The notes under the pieces were generated by a model. The model ran no database searches, was not told the DNA's origin, and worked only from the letters and a program-made list of their open reading frames with translations. A stretch of 64,000 nucleotides of DNA. Source: Thermodesulfobacteriota bacterium (GTDB taxonomy: Bacteria; Desulfobacterota_D; UBA1144; Nemesobacterales; UBA2774). The stretch covers positions 277,681 through 341,680 of the forward strand of contig OY729416.1 in NCBI GenBank assembly GCA_963422265.1, in the 5' to 3' direction. Made by a program: the position numbers and the translations under genes. Of the stretch, positions 19,987-31,400 are shown piece after piece (position 1 is the stretch's first letter; each line of letters starts with the position of its first letter).

Positions 19987-20900
19987 TGAACGGGGTATTA
20001 GTTCTTGACAAGCCTAAGGGCATTACTTCGCGAAGCGCTCTAAATAGGGTCAATACGCTTCTTAGGGTGAAGAGAGCAGGCCACACTGGCACGCTGGATC
20101 CCTTTGCTACGGGGGTTTTACCGATCTGCATCAACAAGGCTACCAAGATCATACCCTTTCTAAAAAATACGTTTAAGAGATACGATGCCCTAATCAGGCT
20201 TGGAGTATTGACGGATACTCTGGATTCTACGGGTCGGCTTTTGCGGGAGCGCAAGGTAAAGCATCATATAGATAATAATACTATCTTGGGCGTTCTATCA
20301 AATTACGAGGGAGAAATTGAGCAGGTTCCCCCGATGTTTTCCGCAGTGAAAAAGCGAGGGGTTAGATTATATAAGCTCGCCAGAATGGGAATAGAAGTAA
20401 TCAGACCTGCTAGGTCGGTGTTTATTAATAGGATAGAACTTCTGGGGTTTGATCCACCTTTTGTAAGAATTATGGTAGAATGCTCGCGTGGCACCTATAT
20501 ACGGGCGCTAGCATTGGATATTGCGGAGGATTTAGGATGCGGCGGCCACCTATCTGAGCTTAGAAGGATTCAGAGCGACGGTTTTACGATAGACGACGCA
20601 GTAACTATGGAAGACGTAGAAAAAAGGCGTGTTGAATTAGCTGATCTTGGTGAAGTTCTTTCACATATAAAAGAGGTGAAAATCTCAGCGGAGGTTGCTT
20701 CTCGGGTTAGAGATGGCAAGCAGATAAAAAAATCAGATTTAAATTCTTTATCCCTTCCATATTTTCAATCTGGAGATAGGTTGAAAATATGTGAGAGATC
20801 GGCTTTGGTATCAATAGCCGAGGCTAAAGTAAATTCTTCGGATTTCGATGACTTGGATGAAGAAACTATTGTTTTAAGATTACTCAGGGTTATTAACTGA
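19983..20900 (+). CDS. truB: tRNA pseudouridine(55) synthase
   Basis: GVLVLDKPKGITS..GHTGTLDPFATGVL. Confidence 0.9.
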   Translation: MMNGVLVLDKPKGITSRSALNRVNTLLRVKRAGHTGTLDPFATGVLPICINKATKIIPFLKNTFKRYDALIRLGVLTDTLDSTGRLLRERKVKHHIDNNTILGVLSNYEGEIEQVPPMFSAVKKRGVRLYKLARMGIEVIRPARSVFINRIELLGFDPPFVRIMVECSRGTYIRALALDIAEDLGCGGHLSELRRIQSDGFTIDDAVTMEDVEKRRVELADLGEVLSHIKEVKISAEVASRVRDGKQIKKSDLNSLSLPYFQSGDRLKICERSALVSIAEAKVNSSDFDDLDEETIVLRLLRVIN

Positions 20901-20962
20901 TTAAATTGTTTAAAAGTTCCTGCCCACTAGTAGGTTGGCACAGGTAGAAAGGAGGAGATTTT

Positions 20963-21232
20963 ATGACTCTTGATAAAGAGGAAAAGGCTAAATTGATAGG
21001 GGAGTTTGCTATAAACGATAGGGATGTTGGCTCGCCTGAAGTGCAGGTCGGGATATTTTCTCGTAGGATTGAATATTTATCCGAGCATATGAAAAAAGCG
21101 CCTAAAGATTTTCATTCGCGTCGAGGGCTTGTTTCCTTAGTCGCCAAAAGGAGAAGGCTTCTTAATTATATAAAAAGGGAAAGACCGGACACGTATCCGG
21201 ATCTTATTCAAAGACTAGGACTGAGAAAATAG
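20963..21232 (+). CDS. rpsO: 30S ribosomal protein S15
   Basis: 89 aa; GSPEVQVGIFSRRIEYLSEHMKKAPKDFHSRRGL. Confidence 0.95.
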   Translation: MTLDKEEKAKLIGEFAINDRDVGSPEVQVGIFSRRIEYLSEHMKKAPKDFHSRRGLVSLVAKRRRLLNYIKRERPDTYPDLIQRLGLRK

Positions 21233-21252
21233 GATTATAAGGAGGAGAAATT

Positions 21253-23382
21253 TTGATTAATGAAACTAAAGAGGTTGAGGCACAAATCTTTTCTAAACGC
21301 TTTGCGCTTCAGACCGGGAAGCTCGCTAAACAATCTAGTGGAGCTGTATTGGCTAGCTATGAAGACACAGTAGTATTGGCTACCGTAGTTGCCTCAGAGG
21401 AAAAGGCGGAAGGGGAAGATTTTCTTCCGCTAACAGTAAATTATCAGGAAAAGTCCGCCGCCGCCGGAAAAATACCGGGGGGATTTTTTAAAAGGGAAGG
21501 CAGACCGAGCGAAAAAGAAGTATTAACGTCTAGGCTGATTGACAGGACCATAAGACCCTTAATCCCTAAGGATTTCACGTATCAAACCCAAATCATTGTA
21601 ACGGTGTTTTCAGCCGATCCGGATCACGATACCGATGTCCTGTCAGTAACCGCTGCTTCAGCCGCGCTTATGGTTTCTGATGTTCCTTTCGATGGACCTT
21701 TGGCTGCGGTGAGGGTAGGCAGGGCAGGGGGTGAATTTATATGTAATCCTATTAAGAGTGAGCTTGAAGGGAGTGATATGAATATTATAGTCGCCGGAAC
21801 GAGGGATGCTATAGTTATGGTGGAAGGCGGCGCCCAGGAGGTGAGCGAAGCTGATATGGTTGATGCTCTTATGTTCGCTCATGGGAGTATTCAGGAGTTT
21901 ATTAGGCGTCAAGAAGAATTAGTTTCCGGGATGAATATTCAGAAAAGGGTTTTGATTCCACCAGAAGAGGATCAGACGCTTAACGAACAGGTAGTTTCTT
22001 TTGCTGCGGATAAACTCAAGGACACTATCGGAGTATCATCTAAAATAGAAAGAAGAGAGCAGACGCAAAGAATACGTCAAGAGACTCAAGCGTATGCCTC
22101 TTCATTATATCCTGACAGGGAAGTCGATATCTCAAAGTCGTTTGATAAATTGTTAAAAGATTTGGTCAGAGGGATGATAATAAATGATAAGAGAAGAATT
22201 GATGATAGGGGCTACACGGATATAAGGTCTATTAGTGGGGAGGTTGGTTTCCTTCCTCGCGTTCATGGTTCTTCTATCTTTACCAGGGGAGAGACGCAGG
22301 CTGCGGTTACAGCTACGCTTGGCACTAAATTTGATGAGCAGAGAATAGACTCCCTTGAAGGAGATACTACCAAAACATTTATGCTTCATTATAATTTTCC
22401 GCCTTACTCCGTTGGAGAGGTTGGGCATAGATTAGGCCCCGGTCGAAGAGAAATAGGTCACGGGGCGCTTGCCGAGAGAGCGCTTCGGGCGGTTATTCCT
22501 CAGAAAGCGGATTTTCCATATACGATACGCGTAGTATCAGAAGTCTTGGAATCAAATGGATCCTCATCAATGGCTACTATATGCGGTGGCTCTCTTGCGC
22601 TCTTGGATGCTGGCGTGCCTATGTCATCACCGGTGGCTGGTATAGCTATGGGATTGATTAAGGAAGGGGATGATTTTGTAATATTGTCTGATATTCTGGG
22701 TGACGAGGATCATTTGGGTGACATGGATTTCAAGGTAGCCGGAACGAGGGGCGGAGTAACCGCCCTTCAGATGGATATCAAAGTTGCCGGAGTTACTAAA
22801 GAGATTCTTACTAAAGCCTTGGATCAGGCTAAGGGTGCTAGAATGCATGTGCTGGATAAAATGGGTGAGATAATATCGGAACCGAGAGAAGATTTATCGC
22901 AATATGCTCCCAGAATTATGACCGTTCAGGTTAATCAGAACAAGATAAAAGACGTAATTGGTAGTGGTGGTAAGACGATTAAGAAAATCGTCGAGCTTAC
23001 AGGGGCGCAAGTTGATATTGACGACTCTGGGGTTGTGAGCATTTCCTCTCCCGATTTGGAGGCTTGTGATAAGGCTGTGAAGCTTGTTAACGGTATAGTT
23101 GAGGAAATTGAAGTAGGAAAGATTTATCTAGGGACAGTCAAAAGGGTGCTTGATTTCGGTGCCATTGTGGAGTTGGGAAGTGGGCTGGGCGGGGGGAAAG
23201 ACGGCTTGGTGCACATATCCGAGCTTGCGCCGAATAGGGTCAATAAGGTTACCGATGTGCTAAATGAAAATGACGAAGTGCTTGTTAAATGTATAAGTAA
23301 AGAGAATGATGGAAAGATCAGATTAAGTAGAAAGCGGGCATTAGATGAAAACATCGATGATTACAGGGAAAGAGCATTGTAG
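21253..23382 (+). CDS. pnp: Polynucleotide phosphorylase
   Basis: 709 aa; two RNase PH domains, a KH domain and a C-terminal S1 domain. Confidence 0.95.
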   Translation: MINETKEVEAQIFSKRFALQTGKLAKQSSGAVLASYEDTVVLATVVASEEKAEGEDFLPLTVNYQEKSAAAGKIPGGFFKREGRPSEKEVLTSRLIDRTIRPLIPKDFTYQTQIIVTVFSADPDHDTDVLSVTAASAALMVSDVPFDGPLAAVRVGRAGGEFICNPIKSELEGSDMNIIVAGTRDAIVMVEGGAQEVSEADMVDALMFAHGSIQEFIRRQEELVSGMNIQKRVLIPPEEDQTLNEQVVSFAADKLKDTIGVSSKIERREQTQRIRQETQAYASSLYPDREVDISKSFDKLLKDLVRGMIINDKRRIDDRGYTDIRSISGEVGFLPRVHGSSIFTRGETQAAVTATLGTKFDEQRIDSLEGDTTKTFMLHYNFPPYSVGEVGHRLGPGRREIGHGALAERALRAVIPQKADFPYTIRVVSEVLESNGSSSMATICGGSLALLDAGVPMSSPVAGIAMGLIKEGDDFVILSDILGDEDHLGDMDFKVAGTRGGVTALQMDIKVAGVTKEILTKALDQAKGARMHVLDKMGEIISEPREDLSQYAPRIMTVQVNQNKIKDVIGSGGKTIKKIVELTGAQVDIDDSGVVSISSPDLEACDKAVKLVNGIVEEIEVGKIYLGTVKRVLDFGAIVELGSGLGGGKDGLVHISELAPNRVNKVTDVLNENDEVLVKCISKENDGKIRLSRKRALDENIDDYRERAL

Positions 23383-23660
23383 AGTTTGCATATCTCTCTA
23401 GTGCGCTGCTAGATATAGTGGGGTGGGAACGTTATTATTTGTAATTAGGGAGTAGTATAATAATATTGAGCGGTGGAGTAATCATAGTGTAGTAATAAGT
23501 GTAGTAATAAATGGGGTAAATCAAGAAGTCAGAAAGCGGTCTGATTATTCTCATGAACTCGTTTCGAAACCTTTCTTCTGTTATTTTGAGCGGGGAGTGG
23601 TGGAGTCAAGAAATCTAACTTTGATTTTACAGCTAATAATTTGTAATTGAGGAGCTAAGT

Positions 23661-24617
23661 ATGTCCCCGAGTCTCGTCGGGGAAGAGAAGCCCAAGTTAA
23701 TTGTCGTTTTAGGACCTACCGCATCTGGAAAGAGCGAGATTGGCGTTCACATTGCCGAGTCTCTTGGTGCGGATGTAATAAGTGCTGACTCCCTTCAGGT
23801 CTATAAATATCTGAGTATAGGGACGGCGAAACCGACCTTGCAAGAGCAGGAAAGCGTTGCTCACCATCTTCTGGACGTGGTTGATCCCGACGAGGAATTT
23901 AACGCGGGTTTGTTCAGAAGGCTAGCTTCCTCGAAGATTGCAGAATTGCATAAAAGAGATAAAAAGGTTGTCATAATTGGAGGCACGTATCTATATATCA
24001 AGGTTTTACTTTCAGGACTTATTGAAGTTGTTCCCTCACCCAAAAACCTCAGGGACGAGCTTAAGAAATTAAGGTCTATATTTGGAACTTCCTACTTGTA
24101 TGGCAGGTTAGAGGCTATTGATCCCGAAGCCGCCTTAAAAATTCACTTTAACGACTACGTAAGAATTGAGAGGGCACTTGAGGTCAATTATCTTACGGGG
24201 AGGAAAATATCAGAGATACACTCCCTCCACGATTTTGGCGAGAATAGTTACGACTACGTTAAAGTGGGAATATCTATAGACCGAGGGTCTTTGATGAACA
24301 GGATTAGTCTCCGTGTAGATAGTATGATGGAGCAGGGGTTTGTGGAAGAGGTTAAGAGGCTAAGGCGCATGGGTTATAGTCCTCAACTCAAGCCAATGAG
24401 GTCTATAGGTTATAAAGAGATCAATAGCTACATAGACGGGGAGGTCTCCCTTGATGAAGCAGTTGAGCTTATAAAATTGAATACCAAGCGCTTAGCAAAG
24501 CGGCAGATGACCTGGCTTAGAAAAGACAATGAGATTAGGTGGTTTGATGTGCCAAGAGAGAACGATAAATTAGCGGATTTAACGACAGGTTTTTTCAGAC
24601 GCGGTAATATAGGCTAA
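23661..24617 (+). CDS. miaA: tRNA dimethylallyltransferase
   Basis: LGPTASGKSEIGVHIAESLGADVISADSLQVYKYLSIGTAKPT. Confidence 0.9.
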   Translation: MSPSLVGEEKPKLIVVLGPTASGKSEIGVHIAESLGADVISADSLQVYKYLSIGTAKPTLQEQESVAHHLLDVVDPDEEFNAGLFRRLASSKIAELHKRDKKVVIIGGTYLYIKVLLSGLIEVVPSPKNLRDELKKLRSIFGTSYLYGRLEAIDPEAALKIHFNDYVRIERALEVNYLTGRKISEIHSLHDFGENSYDYVKVGISIDRGSLMNRISLRVDSMMEQGFVEEVKRLRRMGYSPQLKPMRSIGYKEINSYIDGEVSLDEAVELIKLNTKRLAKRQMTWLRKDNEIRWFDVPRENDKLADLTTGFFRRGNIG

Positions 24618-24619
24618 TG

Positions 24620-25153
24620 CTAATCCTCGCGTTTTTCAAGTTCTTCATCTATCTTTCTTAGATAGTCTTTATTTTCAACCGATCTTAGGGAAACATCCTT
24701 TTTAGTGGGCTGTTGAGATTTACGTAGGAATAATCCTATTCCTATGCCTCCTAATGCTATAGCAACAATGGGTAACAACCACAGTGCCCAGTTTATTCCT
24801 TTAACGGGTGGTGCTCCTAATATGGATTCACCATAGCGATCAGTGAAGTAGGATATAATCTCCTGCTCAGATTTACCCTCCCTAAGTTGTTTTTTAATTA
24901 TATCTCTCATATCGTTAGCCAAGTTTGAATTGGACTCAGCAACGCTCTGCCCCTGACAAACCGGGCACATAAGCTGATGAGAGATCTGTTTAACCTGATC
25001 GTCTATACCATTTTGCTGACTCCTAACTATGTCTCTGCCCCCGAGCGGGGAAGGGCTTTGCGTTATTGATAGTGAGGAGTGTGGCAAGAAAATAAAAAAG
25101 AGTACGAGTATTACAGGTTTTCCAAAGCCGTATATTAGGGAGGGGCTTATCAT
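24620..25153 (-). CDS. ccmH: Cytochrome c-type biogenesis protein CcmH/NrfF family
   Basis: LMCPVCQGQSVAESNSNLANDMR heme-handling motif; signal peptide; C-terminal TM segment. Confidence 0.75.
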   Translation of the reverse strand: MISPSLIYGFGKPVILVLFFIFLPHSSLSITQSPSPLGGRDIVRSQQNGIDDQVKQISHQLMCPVCQGQSVAESNSNLANDMRDIIKKQLREGKSEQEIISYFTDRYGESILGAPPVKGINWALWLLPIVAIALGGIGIGLFLRKSQQPTKKDVSLRSVENKDYLRKIDEELEKRED

Positions 25154-25172
25154 CCGTCTTAATGTCCTATCT

Positions 25173-25742
25173 TTATGAACTGTTTTTTGAACTAATCGCC
25201 CTTAGGAGATAATAATCTATTATTTCTTCCGTAAGCTGGCCAGTGAATTTACCCGTTATAAGACCGGATGAATCTATGAAATAGGTTTCGGGGATTCCAC
25301 CTAACCCATAATTAACCTGAATTTCTTTTTCGGGATCAAAGCCGTGCTCGTAGCTTCCTCCGTATTTGTCGAGATAAGATAGAGCGCTAGAGTCGTCATC
25401 CCAGACGTTGACACCGATAAATACCACGTCTTTGTCTTTGTATTTTTTCCATGATCTTTCAAGTGCTGGCGCCTCTTGCCTACAAGGCTTGCACCATGAT
25501 GCCCAGAAGTTTAGGATCACGGTCTTTCCCTTAAGCTCTGATAGGGAAACGTTCTCTCCGCTCTCAGCCAGTGAACCTCCAGAACTGTAAAGCGTTAGCG
25601 TAAAATCGGGCGCTTCTTTGCCTGTCAGTGGGGAAGTCTTTATAATAACCCTGTCGCCGAATATTGCGTAACCTAATATACTTAGGAATAGCAATATAAT
25701 CGTAAGCGCCGCAAGTTTGGATACTGTCTTGAATACGTTCAT
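25173..25742 (-). CDS. Thiol:disulfide oxidoreductase, TlpA/ResA/CcmG-like thioredoxin
   Basis: NFWASWCKPCRQEAP (WCxxC); N-terminal membrane anchor. Adjacent to ccmH. Confidence 0.8.
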   Translation of the reverse strand: MNVFKTVSKLAALTIILLFLSILGYAIFGDRVIIKTSPLTGKEAPDFTLTLYSSGGSLAESGENVSLSELKGKTVILNFWASWCKPCRQEAPALERSWKKYKDKDVVFIGVNVWDDDSSALSYLDKYGGSYEHGFDPEKEIQVNYGLGGIPETYFIDSSGLITGKFTGQLTEEIIDYYLLRAISSKNSS

Positions 25743-26220
25743 ATCGTCCCGCTAGTATTGTTTTCAGTAGAACATTATAACTAAGGCTGATGCTATTTTC
25801 ATGTCAGCAAGTGAGGAATTATAGCCAAAGGCTACTCTTACAGAAAGGGTTATTCTCGTAAAATTTAAAATAGAGGCATATAGAGGACTGTAACACAATA
25901 TAGCACCGTTTTTCTTACTTTGAGGATATTTTCAGTGAAAACGCGTTACTCTTAAACAACTGCTTGTGTAAGAAGTAGGATTTTCCTTTGGTTAAGATGA
26001 CAAAAGAGGAATCTAGTTTTTTGTTCTTTTATACATATTTGATTTTTATGGGAGATGTGTTGAATTTAGGGTGGAAGGATGGGGTATGATTTGCTCACTT
26101 TAGTGTGGTAAAACGATGAAAATGATAATGATATGGTGGTGGACCCTTAATGAATGTCAGTCCTTTTGACAAAGGCTTAGGAAGTTATTAAAGTAAAAGG
26201 TATTATGATTATAAAAGTTA

Positions 26221-26242
26221 CCCCCCCCCCCCCCCCCCCCCC
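26221..26242. repeat. Homopolymeric tract C22, 28 nt upstream of the TTG start of the giant adhesin gene
   Basis: 22 consecutive C read directly. A possible TTGACA-17-TAAAGT promoter at 26166-26194 would put the tract in the 5' leader. Confidence 0.9.
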
Positions 26243-26269
26243 GAAATTCCTGTCCGGCAGGACAACGCC

Positions 26270-28495
26270 TTGATACCTCGTCAACACCTGCGGCGCCTCG
26301 CCGCCACCCTCGGCCTGATCTTCTTTATCATCTGTGTCCTGCCGGGCACTGCACAGGCCGCCAAAGGCTTCACATTTTCCAAACACACGCTGACTCTGGC
26401 AGAACCTGGAGGACTCGGAGGACTGTCGAGCACAGACACCTACACCGTGAAACTGAGGGAACAACCGAGCGGGAACGTGACCGTAGCAATTAGGAGCGCA
26501 GATAGTACTCTAGTTACTGTGTCACTGGCCTCCATGACCTTTACCACCAGCAACTGGGACCAACCGCAGGAGGTAACCGTCACCGGTGTGGATGACCAAA
26601 TAGATTATGGCGATCAACAGTCCATTGTCATCCTGCATAGTCCGTCCGGTAGTGGCTACAGTTCCCAGCAGAACACTACTATAGCAGTGCGATATAACGA
26701 CAACGACACCGCCGGTATCACCATCACCGAGACCGGTGGCAGCACCGTCACCACCGAAGCCGGCGGCACCGACACCTTCACGGTCGTGCTGGACACCGAG
26801 CCGTTAGAGGATGTCAGCATCGCCGTATCCAGTTCCGACCCCAGTGAAGGTACGGTTGACAAGAGCAGCTTACGTATTCACCTTCGACAACTGGAATACC
26901 CCGCAGACCGTCACCGTCACCGGTCAGGATGACAACCTGGCCGACGGGGATCAATCCTATAACATCGTACTGGACAAGGTCGTCAGTTTAGATCCTCCCT
27001 ACGGCGGCGATACCCCAGCGAACGCCATAGACCCACCGGACGTGTCGGTGACCAACACCGATGATGACCCCGGCGTCACCTTATCCAAGAGAAGTGTCAC
27101 CGTCACCGAAGCCAGTGGCCGGGCGCACCACCACCTACACCGTAGTGCTCAACACCCGGCCGAGTAGTAGCGTCACCGTCACCCCCACCAGCAGCGATAC
27201 CAGCGTGGCCAGAGTCTCCCCGGGACCCCTGACGTTTACTTCATCCGACTGGAATACCCCACAGAGGGTCACCGTCACCGGTATCGATGACAGCACCGTT
27301 GCGGATAGAAGCACCACCATCACCCATGCAGCCTCTGGCGGCGGCTACAACGCAGTGAGCATCGCCGACGTGTCGGTAAAGCTGACCGATGACGACACCA
27401 GCTTCACATTTTCCACATCCAGTCTGTCTCTGGCAGAAACTGCTGGACTCGGAGGACTGTCGAACACAGGCAGCTACACCGTGAAACTGAATGGAGCACC
27501 AAATGCGGACGTGACCGTAACAGTCCGTAATAATTTCCCTGATGAAATCACCGTCTCCCCGGCCTCCCTGACCTTTACCACCAGCGACTGGAATACCGCC
27601 GCAAGGGTCACCGTCACCGTCTTGGATAACCAGGTCGATAATGGCGATCAACGTACCATTCTTGTCTGGCATTTGCCGTCCGGTGGTGGCTACGGTTCTC
27701 AGCAGAACACTAATATAACAGTGCTATATAACGACAACGACACCGCCGGCGTCACCGTCACCGAGACCGGTGGCAGCACTGCCACCACCGAAGCCGGCGG
27801 CACCGACACCTTCACGGTCGTGCTGAACACCAAGCCGTTAGAGGGTGTCAGAATCGCCGTATCCAGTTCCGACATCAGTGAAGGTACGGTTGACAAGAGC
27901 AGCCTGGTCTTCACCGATTCCAACTGGGATACGGTACAGACCGTCACCGTCACCGGTCAGGATGACAGCCTGGTTGACGGGGATCGAGCCTATAACATCG
28001 TACTGGCCAAGGTCGTCAGCACTGATACCAACTACCACGGCATTGACCCAGCGGACGTATCGGTGACCAACACCGATGATGACGCCGGCGTCACCGTTAT
28101 CCAAGATGCAGTGTCACCGTCACCGAAGCCAGTGGCAACAGTAATACCACCACCTACACTGTCGTACTGGACGCCCAACCCTCGGGCGAAGTCACCGTCA
28201 CCCTCACCAGCGGCGATACCAGCGTGGCCAGAGTCTCCCCGGCCTCCCTGACCTTTACCACCAGCGACTGGAATACCGCACAGCAAGTCACCGTCACCGG
28301 TATCGATGACAGCACCGTTGCGGATAGAAGCACCACCATCACCCATGCAGCCTCTGGCGGCAGCTACAACGCAGTGGTCATTCCCAGTGTCGTGTCACCC
28401 TGACCGATGACGACACCAGCTTCACATTTTCCACATCCAGTCTGTCTCTGGCAGAAGGTGGACTCGGAGGACGGCCGAACACAGGCAGCTACACC
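26270..28495 (+). pseudogene. 5' portion of the giant adhesin gene (signal peptide plus Ig/Calx-like beta-sandwich domains), split across three overlapping ORFs by frameshifts
   Basis: ORFs 26270..26932, 26811..27167 and 27061..28251 encode contiguous homologous domains in different frames. Signal peptide MIPRQHLRRLAATLGLIFFIICVLPGTAQA. 27400-28410 is near-identical to the in-frame copy at 28410-29420 apart from indels such as the one at ~28105. Confidence 0.55.
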
Positions 28496-31400
28496 GTGAA
28501 ACTGAATGGAGCACCAAATGCGGACGTGACCGTAACAGTCCGTAATAATTTCCCTGATGAAATCACCGTCTCCCCGGCCTCCCTGACCTTTACCACCAGC
28601 GACTGGAATACCCCGCAGAGGGTCACCGTCACCGTCTTGGATAACCAGGTCGATAATGGCGATCAACGTACCATTCTTGTCTGGCATTTGCCGACCGGTG
28701 GTGGCTACGGTTCTCAGCAGAACACTAATATAACAGTGCAATATAACGACAACGACACCGCCGGCGTCACCGTCACCGAGACCGGTGACAGCACTGCCAC
28801 CACCGAAGCCGGCGGCACCGACACCTTCACGGTCGTGCTGAACACCGAGCCGTTAGAGGGTGTCAGAATCGCCGTATCCAGTTCCGACATCAGTGAAGGT
28901 ACGGTTGACAAGAGCAGCCTGACCTTCACCGCAGCCAACTGGGATACGGTACAGACCGTCACCGTCACCGGTCAGGATGACAGCCTGGTTGACGGGGATC
29001 GAGCCTATAACATCGTACTGGCCAAGGTCGTCAGCACTGATACCAACTACCACGGCATTGACCCAGCGGACGTATCGGTGACCAACACCGATGATGACGC
29101 CGGCGTTACGTTATCCAAGAGCAGTGTCACCGTCACCGAAGCCAGTGGCAACAGTAATACCAACACCTACACTGTAGTACTGGACGCCCAACCCTCGGGC
29201 ACCGTCACCGTCACCCTCACCAGCGGCGATACCAGCGTGGCCAGAGTCTCCCCGGCCTCCCTGACCTTTACCACCAGCGACTGGAATACCGCACAGCAAG
29301 TCACCGTCACTGGGGTGGACGACAGCACCGATGAGGACCGCAGCACCACCATCACCCATACAATCAGTGGTGGGGGATACGGCTCAGTGAGCATAGCCGA
29401 CGTCGCCGTCACCCTGACCGATGACGATACCGCCCGCGTCACGCCGCCGAGCAAGCCCACCGGACTCGAGGCAGTGGGGGGCGACAGTCAGGTGACGTTG
29501 ACCTGGAATAATCCGAATAACGCCGCCATCACCGGGTATCAGATCAGGCAGCGGAGTTATGTCAACGGGGCATGGACTAAATTTCCTAAATTTTCTAACA
29601 TAATACCGGGCAGTGATGCCAGCACCACTAGCCACGTGGTGAGTGGTCTGACCAACGGCGTGAGGTATAGTTTCCAAATCCGTGAGATGGTGGGCAAAAA
29701 GGGAGGGAAACCGTCTGAGGCCAAAGCGACACCGGCGGCCCCGCCACCGCCGAAACCGAGCAAGCCCACCGGCCTCAGGACAGTAGCAGGGAACAATCAG
29801 GCGACGTTGATCTGGAATAATCCGAATAACGCCGCCATCACCAAGTATCAGTATAAGCAGTGGAATTCATCGTCTACCGAGAGCGGCGCGAAGTGGGCTG
29901 ACATACCGGGCAGTGATGCGAACACCACCAGCTACGTGGTGAGTGGTCTGACCAACACCTCTGTTATCTATAGATTCCGCATCCGTGCGGTGGCAGGCCC
30001 CTCTGTCGGGCTTCAGTCCAGCTCTGCCGGTGCGATCATTGCGGTACCGCCTGCTGCGCCTGTCGTGACGGCGACGCCGGGCGACGCTCAGGTGAGGTTA
30101 AGTTGGTCGGGGAGCATAGGCTATTATATCACCAGGTATCAGATCAAGCAGTGGACGGGCAGTAGCGAGCCGGCCAATGGCTGGAAGGACATTCCCGGGA
30201 GTCGATCGAGCACCACCAGCCACGTGGTTAGGGGTCTGACCAGCGGCGTGAGTTACAGTTTCCGCATCCGTGCGGTGGCAACATGTAGTTTTAATTCTGG
30301 GAGATTCATAGCTTCTGATTGCAGCGTTGCGGGGACGCCGTCCACTCCCGTCAGTCCGACGCTTGTGCCGGGCAAGCCTGTCGTGGCGCCAATGCCGGGC
30401 GACGCTCAGGTGACGTTGAGTTGGAGTAATCCGAATGATGTTGCCATCACCAAGTATCAGATCAAGCAGTGGACTGGCAGTAGCGAGAGTGGGAGCTGGA
30501 CTGACATATCGGGGAGTGGATCGAGCACCACCAGCCATGTGGTGAGTGGCCTGACCAGCGGCGTGAGGTATAGTTTCCGTATTCGTGCGGTGGCAGGTAC
30601 CAATGTTGCAGGGACGCCGTCCGATCCCGTCAGGGCAGTACTCCTGGACAAGCCTGTCGTCAGTGCCAGTGCGGGCGACACTCTGGTGACGTTGAGTTGG
30701 AGTGATCCGAATGACGATTCCATCACCAGGTATCAGATCAAGCAGTGGACTGGCAGTAGCGAGAGAGGGCGTTGGACTGACATATCGGGGAGTGGATCGA
30801 GCACCACCAGCCTCGTGGTGGGGCGCCTGACCAACGGCGTGAGGTATAGTTTCCGTATCCGTGCAATGGTGGGTCTTTTCCCGGGGGTGGAGTCAGCTTC
30901 CGTCAGTTCGACGCCTGTGCCGGGCAAGCCTGCCGTGACGGCGACGCCGGGCACCGCTCAGGTGACGTTAAGCTGGAGTAATCCGAATGATGCTTCCATC
31001 GCCAGGTATCAGATCAAGCAGTGGACTGGCAGTAGCGAGAGTGGGAGTTGGACTGACATATCGGGGAGTGGGGAGGACACCACCAGCCACGTGGTGAGGG
31101 GTCTGACCAACGGCGTTGAGTATAGTTTCCGTATCCGTGCGGTGACAGGTACCAACGCTTCAGGGACGCCGTCCGATCCCGTCAGTGAGACGCCAGCGGT
31201 ACAGCCGGACAAGCCTGCTGTTACAGCGGCGCCGGCGGGCGACAGTCTGGTGAGGTTGAGTTGGAGTAATCCGAATGACGCTTCCATCACCGGGTATCAG
31301 ATCAAGCGGTGGACTGGCAGTAGCGAGAGTGGGAGTTGGACTGACATATCGGGGAGTGGGAAGGACACGATCACATACACGGTACCGGGTCTGACCAACG

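Noticed and set aside
26177-26464. Minus-strand ORF spanning the poly-C tract, encoding GGGGGGG
   Set aside because: Homopolymer artefact antisense to the adhesin start region.
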